64,000 bases of DNA from positions 218,428,001 through 218,492,000 of the forward strand of contig NC_086097.1 of assembly GCF_963921235.1 (NCBI RefSeq). The letters are read 5' to 3'. A program made the position numbers and the translations under genes. The DNA is from Mobula hypostoma. Its lineage: Eukaryota. Under the pieces are notes generated by a model. That model was given only the letters and a program-made list of their open reading frames with translations, ran no database searches and had not been told where the DNA came from. Shown here one piece after another: positions 46,369-59,908 of the stretch (position 1 is its first letter; each line of letters begins with the position of its first letter).

Positions 46369-49300
46369 GTGACTTATTTGAAAAAAGTACATCTTAAAGT
46401 GCATCTATGCCTGAAAAACACACCTAACTTGCCTAAAGAGACTTCAACTGCAATTGTTTCACTGAGCTTCCTAGTTCCATTTACTTTGGATTAATTAAAC
46501 CCTTGCCCTGTGTCTGTACTTAACTATGTTTTATCTTGGCTCACTGTCTGCATTGCCAAGGGAAATCATATATTTATGTGTTTTGAATAAGCTCTTATAA
46601 GTAATTGTTTATATAGCAATAATAGTTGGAATTTTGATCTAGTTTAACTTTCAGCTTGATTTTATCTACCGCTTGTTCAGTATGTTTGGTATTTGCTTCA
46701 TTTATTTGTTTATTTTCAACTTAAATATTTAAAACTGAAATGTCTGTCTTAACAGTGTGTGCATATTTATGTAAGCATCTGTTCACATCATGTTTCTTTC
46801 TTCTGTTTTGAATGCAGTACACGCTTGTGAAACATCGTCTGTGTCCATTTTACTCAAGTTTTCCATGGCAAGTCCAAGCATTTACAGCATTTGAGCACGT
46901 TTATAGTTAGAACTTTTTATGACTTTGCCACAAACCATTCTATGTATAAAGCCCTCTGCCTGAGCAAATAATTTGCACAATTTTGTTAGCTTAGTTTTTC
47001 CAAAACTTTGTACTCCTTTCCTTATTTAAATAGTTGTTGCACATTTGATTTACAAAGGCCTTTAAGAAACAAATATCATCTATTCATTGATTATATATTT
47101 GCAGTTTGTGAGGTCATATTCAGATACGATAGATGGTTCATCTTCTTGTGATGTCAAGGGAAGGGAACAACTAATTGATATTGGGGCTAGTTTTGCAGGC
47201 TTTGTTGTGTAAGTGCCAGCAAGCTTGAAATTTCTATGTTTGCTTGCATGAATACAGAAAAAGCCAAGCTGACTTGTAATTATGTCTATCATTGGACACA
47301 CTATAGTGTGGTATTCAGTCTGGGTATGTAATAGAATCGTAGAATGTTTACAAGCCAGAAAGAGGCTGTTTGGCCCATTACGTCTTTGTTGGTTCTCGAC
47401 AAGAACAACCTTCTAGTCCTAGTCACCAGGATTATATTTCCAAAGCCCTGAAATTGTTCTCCAATGTACGCTTATAAAATTCGCTCATATTGGCCTCAAT
47501 AGAACCAGCATCCACCACACTAGCAGGCAGTGTTTTTCAAATTCCAACCACATACTGAGTAAGAACGTTTTTCCTCACACCACTCTAAATTCTTTAGTCC
47601 TTTATTTTACACCTGTGACCTTCATGATCCTCTATTGTCTGTTACCCAACTAACTTGGTATCTGTGTTATTTATGTCCACTTTATGTTGTTATATGCTTC
47701 ATCTTTGCTGATAAGCCTGTTACGTGATACCCTATCAAAAGTCTTTTGAAATACATTCAAAGAACACAAGTCAGGTTAAAGCAATTGAACTGAGTACTCC
47801 TTCATTGAGGCAAGAAGAAGACACATATTTCATTTTTTTGATAAATGGTTCAAAGCTTCTTTTTATTGTGAAAGTATGCATGCATAATACAACTCTGATA
47901 TTCATCTTCTCCAAATAGCCATGAAATACAGAAGGGCTAAGGGGGTTGTTAAAAGAAAAAGCATCAACTCCCCCCCACCCCTGCATGAAAAAGGAAAAGA
48001 TGCAACCCCCCACTCACCCTTTCCCTTGCAGGTAAAGAAACAGCGACCATAGCATCAAATCCCCCATTCTCTCCCCGCAGAAAAAACAGAGACAATAGCG
48101 TCAAATCCCCAAACCCCTCCTCGCAGAAAAAACAGTGACAATAAAAAATAGTGTCTGAGTTCTTATTTTTTTTTATTTGTGCTTTCATCAATTTGTTTAT
48201 TTTTAGTATTTCTAATTTAATAGTTTAATTCATTTTAAGTAGGTTTGGGTTGTTTCTGACATTCAGAAACTTTATTTTGATGATTTTGATTGCTGTTTAA
48301 TAATGGATGGGACCAAGCCAGCAGATTTTTTTTCCCCGTTTCTTGTGTGAGGCTCTTTCTGATATTTCACTCTTCCCCTGCCAAGCAAACATGTGTTATA
48401 TGCAAATAAAAGTTCTAATATTGTTGAGAATTCAACCTTCTCCAAAATGGCTTGCCCACTGGCAAACAACAGTGTTGCGGGCTTGAGTTAAAGTCTACCC
48501 ATGTTTCAATAAGATCACTCCTCATACTTCTAAAATTCAGTGAATACAGACCCGCCCTGTTTAGCCAAATCTTGATGAAACATTCCTCTCACCGCAGGAT
48601 TTAGTCCAGCAAATCTCATTTGGATTCCCTCCAATACTACTAAATCCTTTTCTCAGTAAGAGACTATAAATGTGCATCAGGTAATTATTTGCGATGATCA
48701 AGTCACTCCAAATCACTGTGGAGATGATCTGGCATGGATCAAATTGAAATTTAATGATGTTGACACTGACAGTTGTTGTTGGACATAAATGCTTCAGAAT
48801 TTCCATGGTGATGAAAGGATAAGCCTGCAGAGAAACTCAGACCTGTCTCATAAGCAATTCAAGTTATTAGTATGAGATATTAGTCTCTGGATATCTTTGA
48901 AACTTTCCTCTTGTATGGTATGTTTTGCTTTAAACTGAGGTGTCGGCAAACTAGGAGCCAGTCTTGCACTATGAGCAGTGATGAAATAACTTGGGGTGCC
49001 CTATATAATATGAGCATCAAAGTCCGGAAGACATCAGACAATAGAAAATATGAGGCTTTGCATGGTTTGAGGTTTTTATGGGAGAGCAACTGAGCCAAAG
49101 TCAGTGTCTAATAATTATTAGTTATTATTAATATTTGCCCAGCCCTCCTTCAGAGCTGGTGGTAGCATAATGAAAATCCTTGCATGTTACTTTCCTGCCT
49201 GTGAACACAATGCTAAAATTACCAGCAGATTTGCAACAAATTCTATAGTGCACTTATTGTGTACCATCTGTTCATGTCATCTTAATTTAACTCATTGTCA

Positions 49301-49832
49301 CTGTACAAAATTTAACAAACTGTAAACTGTGCCTGTAGCTTGATATACCAATCACACCTTTGGCTGTAGGATGCATTTGATTGTATAAATGGGATGTTTA
49401 CTGTGCCAGTAATGCAAATTCAAGTTTTGGATTACAGCCTGTATTAGTCACTGAAAAAATTTTGTGAAAACTTCTAGAGTTTTAAATAAGGCAGAATGCC
49501 TTGCCAATGTAGTGCGTGCCATATCCATATTCAAATTTGGACTATTAATTGGCATGTGTCATTTACATCACATTTGTGATGCAACAGGCAGAGCTTCATC
49601 CTCAATGATGTATTTTAAATCATGTGTTTTCTATGTGGCATTTGTACTTTCCTCTAGTAACCTTGTAGGCTTCCTCCAGGTGTTCTGGTTTCCATTCCCA
49701 ACTCACGGATGTGTTGTTAGTTTAATTGGACATCACAAAATTACTCCCCATTTAGGTGTGCAGGAGAGGAGGTGGGTGTACTTTATGTTATATGAGAGAG
49801 GGAAATAGGCTGAGGAAAGAGACTGATGAAAC

Positions 49833-50178
49833 CAATGTTCTCTCTAATTTGTCATGACCAGTGTATGCAAAAATCTTGTGCTGTACAATTTTTTGCCCGG
49901 TAACAACAACATGTGCGCACTGAATAATTTCTTCAATAAAAAAGTATAAGTAAGCTAGTTCTAAAGTCTGCAGGCAAATCATTGCAAATTCCACATTGTC
50001 AGCACTGTCTGCATCAGGAACCGGAAAAGGAAATGTGATTGTGTACGATCGTGAAATATACTTAATGTGCCAATGAGGTAGAGGGTGACAACCTTTTGTG
50101 CGCAGTTTAAGTTGCTTTGTGTGCTAGTAACAAAAGATGTGTGTGCACGCACGTGTGCACACCTTACAGGGAACATTG
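49833..50178. mobile_element. hAT MITE
   Basis: TIRs CAATGTTCTCTCTAA and (reverse complement) CAATGTTCCCTGTAA. 8-bp TSD GATGAAAC (49825-32) and GATGAAAT (50179-86). Confidence 0.88.
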
Positions 50179-50444
50179 GATGAAATTGGTCTGAGGCTGG
50201 CATAGACCTGACGAACAAAATAGCTTCTTCCTCGATGACAAATAACTATGTGTTGTGTATTGAACTTCCTTAATATGTTCTCATTACATTGAGTGGCATA
50301 TTGTTGCCAAATCTCCATCCATTATTAAATCTCTGGGGATCATCATTGCTCAAAAACTTATCAAGACCGATGGCATAAGTATTCAAGAGGAGGTGGGAGA
50401 GAACGTGTTCTATGGCTTGTACTTGGATCATGACTTTCAAGCGT

Positions 50445-50687
50445 CATGATCGAGCATCATAGGAGGTCATTGCTGCCTGTGGCCATCAAACTTTACAACT
50501 CCTCCCTTGGAGGGTCAGACACCCTGAGCCAATGGCTGGTCCTGGACTTATTTCATAATTTACTGGCATAATTTACTTATTACTATTTAACTATTTATGG
50601 TTCTATTACTATTTATTATTTATGGTGCAACTGGAACGAAAACCAATTTCCCCCGGGATCAATAAAGTATGACTATGACTATGACTA
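50445..50687 (+). mobile_element. Rex1-type 3' end with (ATGACT)n tail
   Basis: Encodes EHHRRSLLPVAIKLYNS. Ends aataaagtatgactatgactatgact. Confidence 0.8.
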
Positions 50688-50714
50688 AATCCCTTGCTAA
50701 GGGTTCATTAACAT

Positions 50715-51030
50715 GGCAGTTAAGTTACGATCTAGAAACTGAGGGTCCCAGAATTGATGATGGGGATATGAGAATTCAAATTCCAACAGAACTTGAGAGA
50801 GATTTAATTTCACTTGATTCAGTAAATTTGGAATAAAATGAGTGATGGTGACAATAATATTACTGAATGTACAAACCCATTTGATCCACTGTGAAGGGAA
50901 TCTGGTTTTCTATGTGTGACTCGTACCTACAGCCATATTTGACCAACTGAAATGGCTGAGGAAGCTGCTCTGTTCAAGGGCAAGTTGAGACCTTTCTGGC
51001 AATGCTAACATCCCATGAATGAATAATTGA
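50715..51030 (+). mobile_element. Old SINE-like repeat; a related copy is split at 52960-53067 / 55519-55700
   Basis: Shared motifs ttcaaatt..cac, aaacccat..ga/gg.tcac and atgtgactc. Confidence 0.45.
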
Positions 51031-52461
51031 GTGAGATGCCATTAGTGTAATGGAATACTGACATCTTGCCTGGGTGTGTTACAGCTTCACCAATACATAA
51101 GCAGTCTGGCACTGTCCAGGATGAAAACAACTTGAATGACACCCAGTCCACCATTGTAAATACTGATTTTCATTGCCATGGATATATCTTACCTGCAGTG
51201 TCTACCATCCATGAAATGCACAGCAGCAACTTGCTTTATCTTACTTTATCTGGCATCTTTCGCAACCTTCTCCATACACTTATAAAAGTATGTTAAGAGT
51301 TCAACACAGAGTTAAACTATTTTCTTATCTTGGCAGCATTGTTGCTGATTTATCTCTCTCCAGCCACCTTTCATTTTGCTTGAGTATAATGACCGAAGCA
51401 AACTCCATCACAACTTTTAAATTCACTTGCCAGAAATGCCTCTGAGCCTCTTAAGAGTTTTCTTCCACATAAAGCATAATGTGAATGGACTGAATTAACA
51501 ATGGGCTGGAATTTCAGCTGAAGATTGAGAATCCTTACTTTTACAAAAAGGCCCTTATTTGTATGCTGAGTACATCCTTTATGAAACCCTTGAGTATTCT
51601 GTGTGACAGCAGCATGCAAGTTTAGCTGGAAATATTGCGTGGGAGAGAGCTTCAAGTGAAGTCCGGGTGTGATTGTAGTATGTGACATTTCCTGGTCTCT
51701 ATGCACTTGGTTCAGGGAAGGGCTCACCATTTGGAAATTTTAACTCAAATATTTTTTAATATTTTCAGCAGTCTTGAACTATTCATCATTTTTGTTACAT
51801 TTAAAATAAGATCTGACTCTTACATGTTTCATGTTGTGATTACTTGCCAGCTCTCTTTCCTCTTCCATTAAATTGTAATTGTAACCAAATATCTTCTTGG
51901 CTCCTTCACTTTCCACTAACTTCATTCCCTTCCTGGCCATCATCGGAGACTGAACTAGTCAGCTCCATCTTGGGTACTAGCCTCTCTAGTACCTAAGACA
52001 TCTTAAGGACCAGTGCTGCAGAAAGGTGATGTCCATTATTAAGGACCCCCACCACCTAAGGCATACCCTCTGCTCATTGTTACCATCAGGAAGGAGTACC
52101 ATACAATTCCTAAATGGACATTGAACCCATGAACACCACCTCACTTTTTAAAATATATATTATTACTGTTTCTTGCACGATTTTTAATTTATTCAAGGAG
52201 TGCATCCCATGTATCCAGTCTCTTAATGTATTCCAGTTTCTATAGTTGCTGATGCACATGGGCTCCTTTTTCTCAATGCAATTTCAAAATCGTTCATTAT
52301 ATAGAGAGTCTTCTTCGGATTTTCTGCAAGAGCTTCTACAGTTTCCTCCACCACTATCCCCTCTCCTGAATGACTGTTAGTCTGTCCCTCTCACTCCTTC
52401 CTTATTCCCTGCTGGAGGCGCAGTGTTGAGGCTACCCGACTAGCCACTTGGAGTAACAATC

Positions 52462-52935
52462 ATAGAATATTAAAGCACAAAAACAGGCCCTACGGCCCAT
52501 CTAGTTCATTCCATATTATTAATCTGCCTAGTCCCAACAAGCTGGACTCGGGCCATAGCCCTCTATACCCCCTCTCATCTATTTACCTATCCAAATTTCT
52601 CTGAAATCGAACCCACATCCACCACTTCTGCTGGCAGCTTTTTCCACACTCTCACCACCCTCTGAGTGAAGAAGTTCCCCATCACGGTCCCCTTAAACAT
52701 TTCACCTTTCACCCTTAAACCGTGATGTCCAGTTCTAATCTCGCCCAACCTCAGTGAAAAAATTCTGTTTGCATTTACTCTATCTGTACCTCTCATAACT
52801 TTGTATACCCCTGTCAAATCTCCCCTCTTTCTTCTATACTCTAGGGAATAAAGTGCTAACCTGTTCAACCTTTCCCTATATCTCAGGTCCTCAAGTGCTG
52901 GCAAGATCCTTGTAGATTTTCTCCACATTCTTTCA
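52462..52935 (-). mobile_element. CR1 3' fragment
   Basis: ORF ERLNRLALYSLEYRRKRGDL...FFTQRVVRVW. Confidence 0.9.
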
Positions 52936-53067
52936 TTTTTATTGATTGATTCAATCCAAAGACCTGAGTTCAAATTACACCACAGAAGCTGTGGAAGTTT
53001 AATAATCTAAAATTATTGGGGAATTAAATGACAAATATACTTTTTAATAATAACTACGAGAACTACT

Positions 53068-55518
53068 TATGAGACGATCTGAATGAATACTCCACAGCTG
53101 TCATGGACTATATAAAGGCACTTGTAGGCAAGTGTGTGCCCACAAAATCATTCACAGTCTTCCCCCACCCGGAAGCCCAGGATGAACAAGAGATCTGCAA
53201 TCTGCTGAGGGCCTGGTCTGGCAACAAATGAAAGTACAGGAGGTCCAGGTATGACCTCTGGAAAGCCATCTCACATGTGAGGTGACAATTTCAGACCAAA
53301 CTTGGATCACAGAAGGATACTCGACAGCTGTGTCAGGGCTTGCTTGCCATCCCCTCCTACAAAGTAAAACCAAGCAACATATGTGACAACAGGTTTCACT
53401 CTCAGATGAGCTCAATGTCATTTTTGCTCGCTTCGACTGACAGTACATGGAGGCAACTTCATCAACTCCCATAGTCCTCGACAACCTGGTGATTTTAATC
53501 TCTGAGGCCGACGAGGGTGATCTCACAGAAAACATTTGGCCCAGATGGTGTAGCTGGCTGAATACTGAAGACCTGTACTAATCAACTGGCTGGTGTGCTA
53601 CTGATATGGAACAGTACAGCAAAACACAGGAGCAAGCCATTTGCCCCACAATGTTCTGCTGAACCAGTTAAAAAGCAAATCAAAAACACTCAAACACTAA
53701 TCCCTCCTACCTTCACAATGTCCATATCCTTCCATCTTCCTTACATCTAATTGCCTATCCAAACATCTGGTAAAAGCCTCTAGGCATTTGCCTGTACCAC
53801 CAAACCAGGCAGCATGTTCCAGGCATCCCTGACTCTCTGTAAAAAAAAAAACTTTCCCATCACTTCCCCTAGAAGCTACCCCCTCACACCTTCGATGCAT
53901 GGGCTCTGGTATTAAACTTCAACCCTGGGAAACAGATACTCCCTATCTACCCTATCTATGCCTCTCATAATCTTTAAACCTCTATTGGATCTCCCCTCAG
54001 CCTCCAGTGCTCCAGAGAAAGAAACCCAAGGTTATCCAGCCTCCTGTGATAGCACGTGCCCTCTAAGTCAGGCAGCATCCTGGTAAACCCCTTCTGCACC
54101 CATCTCCAAAGCCTCAACATCTTTCCTATATCTTTCACCTCTCACTTTGGTAGTCTGACTTACCCATCTGCTTCAGGGCCGTGTGCTCAGACCCTGCTTT
54201 ACTCACTTGACCCTTATGACTGTGAGGCTAAGCACAGCTCCAATGCCATATTTAAGTTTGCTGACAACACCACTGTTGTTGCCAAAGGTGGTGACGAATC
54301 ATATAGGAGGGAGACTGAAAATCTGGTACAGTGATGCCACAGTAACAACCTCTCACTCAATGTCAGCAAAACCAAAGAGCTGATTATTGACTTCAGGAGG
54401 AAATTGTAGGTCCATGCACCAGTCCTCATCAGGGGATCAGAGGTGGAGAGGGTCAGTAGATTTAAATTCCTCGGCGTTACTATTTCAGCGGATCTCTCCT
54501 GGGTACAGCAAATAAGTGTCATTATGAAGATGGCACAGCACTGCCTCTACTTTTTTAGAAAGTTTGTGATGATTCATCACTGGCGTGTGGCTAAGTGGTT
54601 AAGGCGTTTGTCTAGTGATTTGAAGGTTGCTAGTTCGAGCCTTGACTGAGGCAGCGTGTGTGTCCTTGAGCAAGGCACTTAACCACACATTGCTCTGCGA
54701 CAACACCAGTGCCAAGCTGTATGTGTCCTAATGCCCTTCCCTTGGACAACATTGGTGGCGTGGAGAGGGGAGACTTGCAGCATGGGCAACTGCTGGTCTT
54801 CTATACAACCTTGCCCAGGCCTGTGCCCTGGAAACCTTCCAAGGCGCAAATCCATGGTCTCATGAGACTAACTGATGCCTATAAAGATAAGATGATTCAT
54901 CATGCCATCTATGACTTAGTAAAACTTCTATGGGTGCATGGTGGATTGACCGCATCACAGCCTGGTATGGAAACACCAATGTCCTTGAATGGAAAAGCCG
55001 ACAGAAGGCAGTGGATATGTCCAGTCCAACACGGGTAAGCCCTCTCCACCATTTAGCACATCTACATGGAGCGCTGTCACAGGAAAGCTACATCCAGCGA
55101 GGACCTCCATCATCCAGGCCATGCTCTCTTCATGCTCTGCCCTCAGGAATGAGGTACTGTACAGGAGTATTAGGTCCCACGCCACAAGGTTCAGGAACAG
55201 TTAATACCATTCAATCATCAGGGCGGATAATTTCACTCACACCAACACTTTAAGCTGATTCCACAACCCATGGGGTCACCCTGCAACTCATGTTATCAAT
55301 ATTTATTACTTATTTTTTTATAAGTAAGTAATAAATATTGTTTAATATTACTTTTTTTCTTTTTGTATTTGCACGATTTGTTGTCCTTCACACATTGGCT
55401 TTTTGTTTGTCTGCGTGCAGTGTCTCATTGACTCTATTGCGTTTCTTTGTATTTACTGTGAACGTCTGCAAAAATGAATTTCAAGGTAGTACATGGTGAC
55501 ATATATGTGCTTTGATAA
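53068..55518 (+). mobile_element. Rex1/Babar LINE with internal deletion, hosting a CR1 fragment (53605-54130, minus) and a SINE
   Basis: SSNAIFKFADNTTVV, ERVSRFKFLGVTISADLSW, ITAWYGN and ATRFRNS. Tail gtgacatatatgtgctttgataa. Confidence 0.85.
54580..54890 (+). mobile_element. tRNA-derived SINE, tail type 1, 12-bp TSD
   Basis: Collinear with 10750-11065. TSD GATGATTCATCA at 54568-79 and 54891-902. Confidence 0.92.
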
Positions 55519-57654
55519 CACTGATTGTTGTAAAAATCCATGTGGCTCACTCATGCGCTTGAGAGTAGAAAAATTGCTATTCTTACCCAGTCTGGGGTAT
55601 ATGTGACTTCAGACCCATTCCATGTGCTTGATACTTAAACTCCTTCTGTTTCACCCAGCAAGTTACTCAGTGGTACCAGTACTGAAAAGGAATAAAACTG
55701 GCAGACTAGTTGGCACCAACCTAGGACAGGGAAAGTCACACCCAGCCCAATTAACCTACAATATGTTTCTCACAAACCTCCAGGGACTGGTGTCTGAATA
55801 GAATGAGAAAACCCTCAGACAAGTCAAGCAACAGCCTCAAATATCTGTTCTTGCAGAATCGTGCCTTTTGTTTCAGTAGTACCCAGGCTCACTGTCATAA
55901 CTGTTTCTTCAGTACATTGAAGACTGGATTAGTGCTGCTTCCTGCGCTTAAGCAGAACTTGAAAATTTCATTACTTTGACTTCCATTTTCTGCCCTGCTT
56001 GCAAATTCACATTGTCCATCTCTCTCGACCTTTCCCTTTCTGGATCTCTTCACCTCCCTTTCTAGAGTTAGGCTGCCTACAAGCATCCAATGACAGGTCC
56101 ATAGATTCTCGTCGTCATCTTGAATATACTTTTTCCCAGACCTGGTTGACTGTCTTCTATTCTCTCTGTTCATTTATCTTCATTACACTTGCCTCTATGA
56201 TGAGGTGTTCCGCACAAGTGTTTTCCTTCTTCCCTCACCATGTCTTCTCATAGACTTTGATCAGTATTAGTTTACCTGTCAGGTATAATGTTAAATAGAC
56301 TGGTTGAAACCTATTTTTTTGTTGTTGAATCAGAGAATCACCAGCTCCTTCCTAGGAGTCCAGCACATAATCTAAACTGACAGTTCGTAGCGGCTTTGAT
56401 AAAAGATTGTATTGTTAAGTGTGTTCTTTATCAGATGAGATCTTGATCTAAAATCCTATCTGCCTTTGTAAACAAAAGGGATCCCATGGCTCTTTTATAA
56501 TATGGTCATTATTAGATGTGGTTGCACACATGCTTCATAAAGTCTGATAATTCTGCTATCTTACACGGAATAGAATTGAGATTAACTGGACATTTGTTGC
56601 CCATGGCTGTCTTAACCCTCTTCCATGGATATTGTTTTTAATCTGCTGGCATTTGCCCAAGGTCTGTTAATCTCTGATAATGCTTGTCAAAGCCTCAGCC
56701 ATCTGTAAGAACTGCAATAGATGTCATGTAGCCTTCGTGATTTATTTCCTTTAAGCCTTGTTACTTTGTCTAGGATTTCCATTTCATTTATATTGAAACC
56801 ATCAATTTTCTCTAGGCAATCTCTGTTTGAATCCAGCATGCTATTTGTAGCTTGTCTTTTGAAAACTAAATTTCTCCTTTCATAATTATTCTTGTGCTCA
56901 CTTTAATATAACTGCCATACCCCTGTTTACAAAAGGGATGTTCCTGGAAAATTATTCATTCAGTGAAATTATGTAGATTGAACATATGGGGTGAAATGCC
57001 TTATAAGAACTCGGTTAAAGTTTATCCCAGTGGGTGGAGACTAGGCCACTATTTGTTAGAACACAGTTTCATAAATTAAAGACGGGCATTTCAAAAAAAA
57101 TCAATGATGAATATTCATAATTTGAGTGTTTGTAAATGGAGGAATATATGCAATTCAAATAGTTCAAAGTAAATTTATTATCAAAGTACATATATGTCAC
57201 TATACTCAACCCTGAGATTCATTTCCTTGCAGGCATATTCAATAAAAACAATAACCATAATAGAATCAATGAAAGACTGCATCAACAGGGTGGATAACCA
57301 GTGTGCAAAACACAAAAAGTAAAAAAAAAATAACATTAGTATTAGTATCCTGACAATCTGAGCAGACTAGATGTTGACAATGAAGTGTCAAATGCCTGGC
57401 TCACAGTTGGAGACCTCTTCCCAGAAATTGAGGGGTTTAACCAATGCAGGTGGTTAACATAAAAAATGATCAAAAATGCACAATAAAAGACCAAAAAGAA
57501 ATCAAGATGATAGATGCAGAAAATGCCAAGAGAAACCAAAAACAATTCAACACACAACAGGATTCTGCAGTAGTTGAACTCAATCTGACTACTTACATAG
57601 ACACAATCAAGTGGCAACATCATTCGCCAAAACCTTGCTTTAAAATACGAACTC

Positions 57655-58252
57655 GGGCCGGCTGGTGGTGCAATGACATCGGCACCAGACCCAGGAGTGG
57701 AGGTTCCCAGGTTCGAACCCAGTCGGGTCCACTCCCGAGTACACTTTCCATCCGTGCCGGGTTGAGTGTCGAGATTGCAACTCAACCTCGTAAAATAAAG
57801 GGGGAAAAAAACTGCAAAAATGTCTGTGTGGGGAGTGGTGTGCCACACAGTCTCTCTCTCGTTCCGTGCCTTGTAAAAAGCCACGAAAAAGACATCATCA
57901 CGGATGGACGCACGCGCGCACACGCAGACGCAGACGCATGCACACGCATACACACGCAGACGCATACACACGCAGACACACGCATACACACGCAGACGCA
58001 CACGCATACACATACACATGCATGCACACGCAGACGCACACGCACACGCATACACACGCATACACACGCATGCACATGCAGACGCACACGCATGCACACG
58101 CAGACGCACACGCACATGCAGACGCACACGCACACGCATACACACGCAAACGCACACGCAGACGCCCACACACAGACGCCCACGCATGCACACGCAAACG
58201 CACACGCAGACGCCCACACACAGACGCCCACGCATGCACAAGCCAGAAAAAA
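57655..58252 (+). mobile_element. tRNA-derived SINE with expanded (CA/CG) microsatellite tail, 15-bp TSD
   Basis: Box B ggttcgaaccc. TSD TTAAAATACGAACTC (57640-54) and TTAAAATATAAACTC (58253-67). Confidence 0.88.
57909..58240. repeat. Complex purine-pyrimidine-alternating repeat (CACACG/CAGACG/CATGCA units)
   Basis: Directly visible. Confidence 0.95.
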
Positions 58253-59908
58253 TTAAAATATAAACTCATAAAAGACATCATACCTTTCTATAATTACAAG
58301 CCTAATCCAGTTTTAGAGTCAGAGTCCTACAAATTATATTATGATCGATCCATAATAACAGATAGGACAATCCATAATAACTTTCCAAATGTAATATTAC
58401 AGGATAAACAAGCAAGAACAACTTACTTAATAGATATAGCCATTCCAAACACTCACAATATATAGAAATCAATAACTGAAAAACACCAGAAATATGCTGA
58501 ATAAAAAGAGGAAATTGAAAGACTATGGAACATGAACAGGGTATACATTGTCCCAATAGTGATATCTACAACTGGTATCATCCCAAAGTCACTACACAAT
58601 AGCATTAACCAATTAGGCCTACACAGTAATATCTATGTAAATCTTCAGAAAGCCACAATACTAAGCACCGCTAGGATAGTCCAAAAGTTCCTAGGAATTG
58701 AGAAATGAATGTGCTTGGTAATGACCATACTCAGGTTTTACCAGCTTGAGTTGAGAAAAAAAAACAATAACAGTAAATAAGCAATAAATATCGAGAGCAT
58801 GAGATAAGAGTTCTTGAAAGTGAGTCCGTAGGTTGTGGGAACAAATGAGCTGATTATTTTATTCTGTTGATCTCTGTTCCCTTGTTTGGTTCAAATTGTC
58901 AGAGAATAGAGAGAGATCAAAATGATCTGCCCAAGTAAAGTTACTTGGGGTATGTACACGAATAGATAAATAGACTTGCACCAACTCTTCATCTGCTCCT
59001 CTGTGGTGTTTGAACCAAACAGGAAGTTGAACTAAATATGTTCTTAGGTCTGCTATTCAAGTTACCATTCAAGGTTGATATAATAAATTCAAGTATTTAG
59101 AAATTGTTCTTAGTTTAAATAAAACTAAAGATACTTATCTCTTCCTTCATTCTGGTGGCCCTCTCACCTTTTTTCTTCCCCTTCTCTGCCTGCATGACTT
59201 GCTCATCACCTTCCCCAATCTCTTCCCTTTGTTTCATGGTCTGTGGTTCTCTCCTACCAGATTCCTTCTTCTTTAGCCGTTTACCTCTTCATCTGTCACC
59301 ATCCATCTGTGCTTTCTCGGTTCGCACTGTGACTGTCTGCCTTATCCACACCCCTCATGATTTTATGAACCTCTTTGAGGATACATCTCATTTTCCTGTG
59401 CTCCAAGGAATAAAGATCCAGTGTGTCAAACCTCTCCCTATAACTCAGACCCTCTAATCCAGGCATCATCTTTGCATATCTCTACTGCACCTTCTCCAGC
59501 TTTTCATTGTCTTTCCTATAACGTGGTAACCAGAACTGTACACAATACTCAAAATCAAAGGTCAAACAAATTTATTATCAAAGTACATGTATGTCACCAA
59601 ATACATCTGTGAGATTCGTTTTCTTGAGGGCCTTCACAGTAAGTACAAAGAAACACAATAGAATCAGTGAAGATTGTACACAACAAGATGGACATATAAC
59701 CAATGTGCAAAATACAACAACCTGCAAATACAAAAAGAAGAAAAAAAATTGTAGTAAGTTCTTTGGGCCTGTAGGGGGTGCCAGAAAGCATTGGGCTGCA
59801 AAGTTTTTAGAGCACTCTTTTGATCCTGTGCATTGGAGGCTGTGATGCAACCAGTCAGAATCTCTCAAGATACCGCTTTAGAAATTTGCTGGAGTCTTTG
59901 GTGATATA

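Larger units (their letters stand above)
57343..58764 (+). mobile_element. R4/Dong-clade (RLE) non-LTR retrotransposon 3' part
   Basis: [32 protein letters not shown] knuckle, [39 protein letters not shown] and IVPIVISTTGIIPK. A-rich tail. Confidence 0.85.
57155..58842 (-). mobile_element. Rex1-type 3' tail split by the R4-clade insertion
   Basis: 57155-57335 and ~58765-58842 together match the uninterrupted copy at 8752-9020. Confidence 0.75.

Noticed and set aside
57342..58465. Several long overlapping ORFs (up to 299 aa) rich in H/T/A or C/V
   Set aside because: They are read-throughs of a stop-poor microsatellite inside a SINE plus R4 element fragments, not genes.
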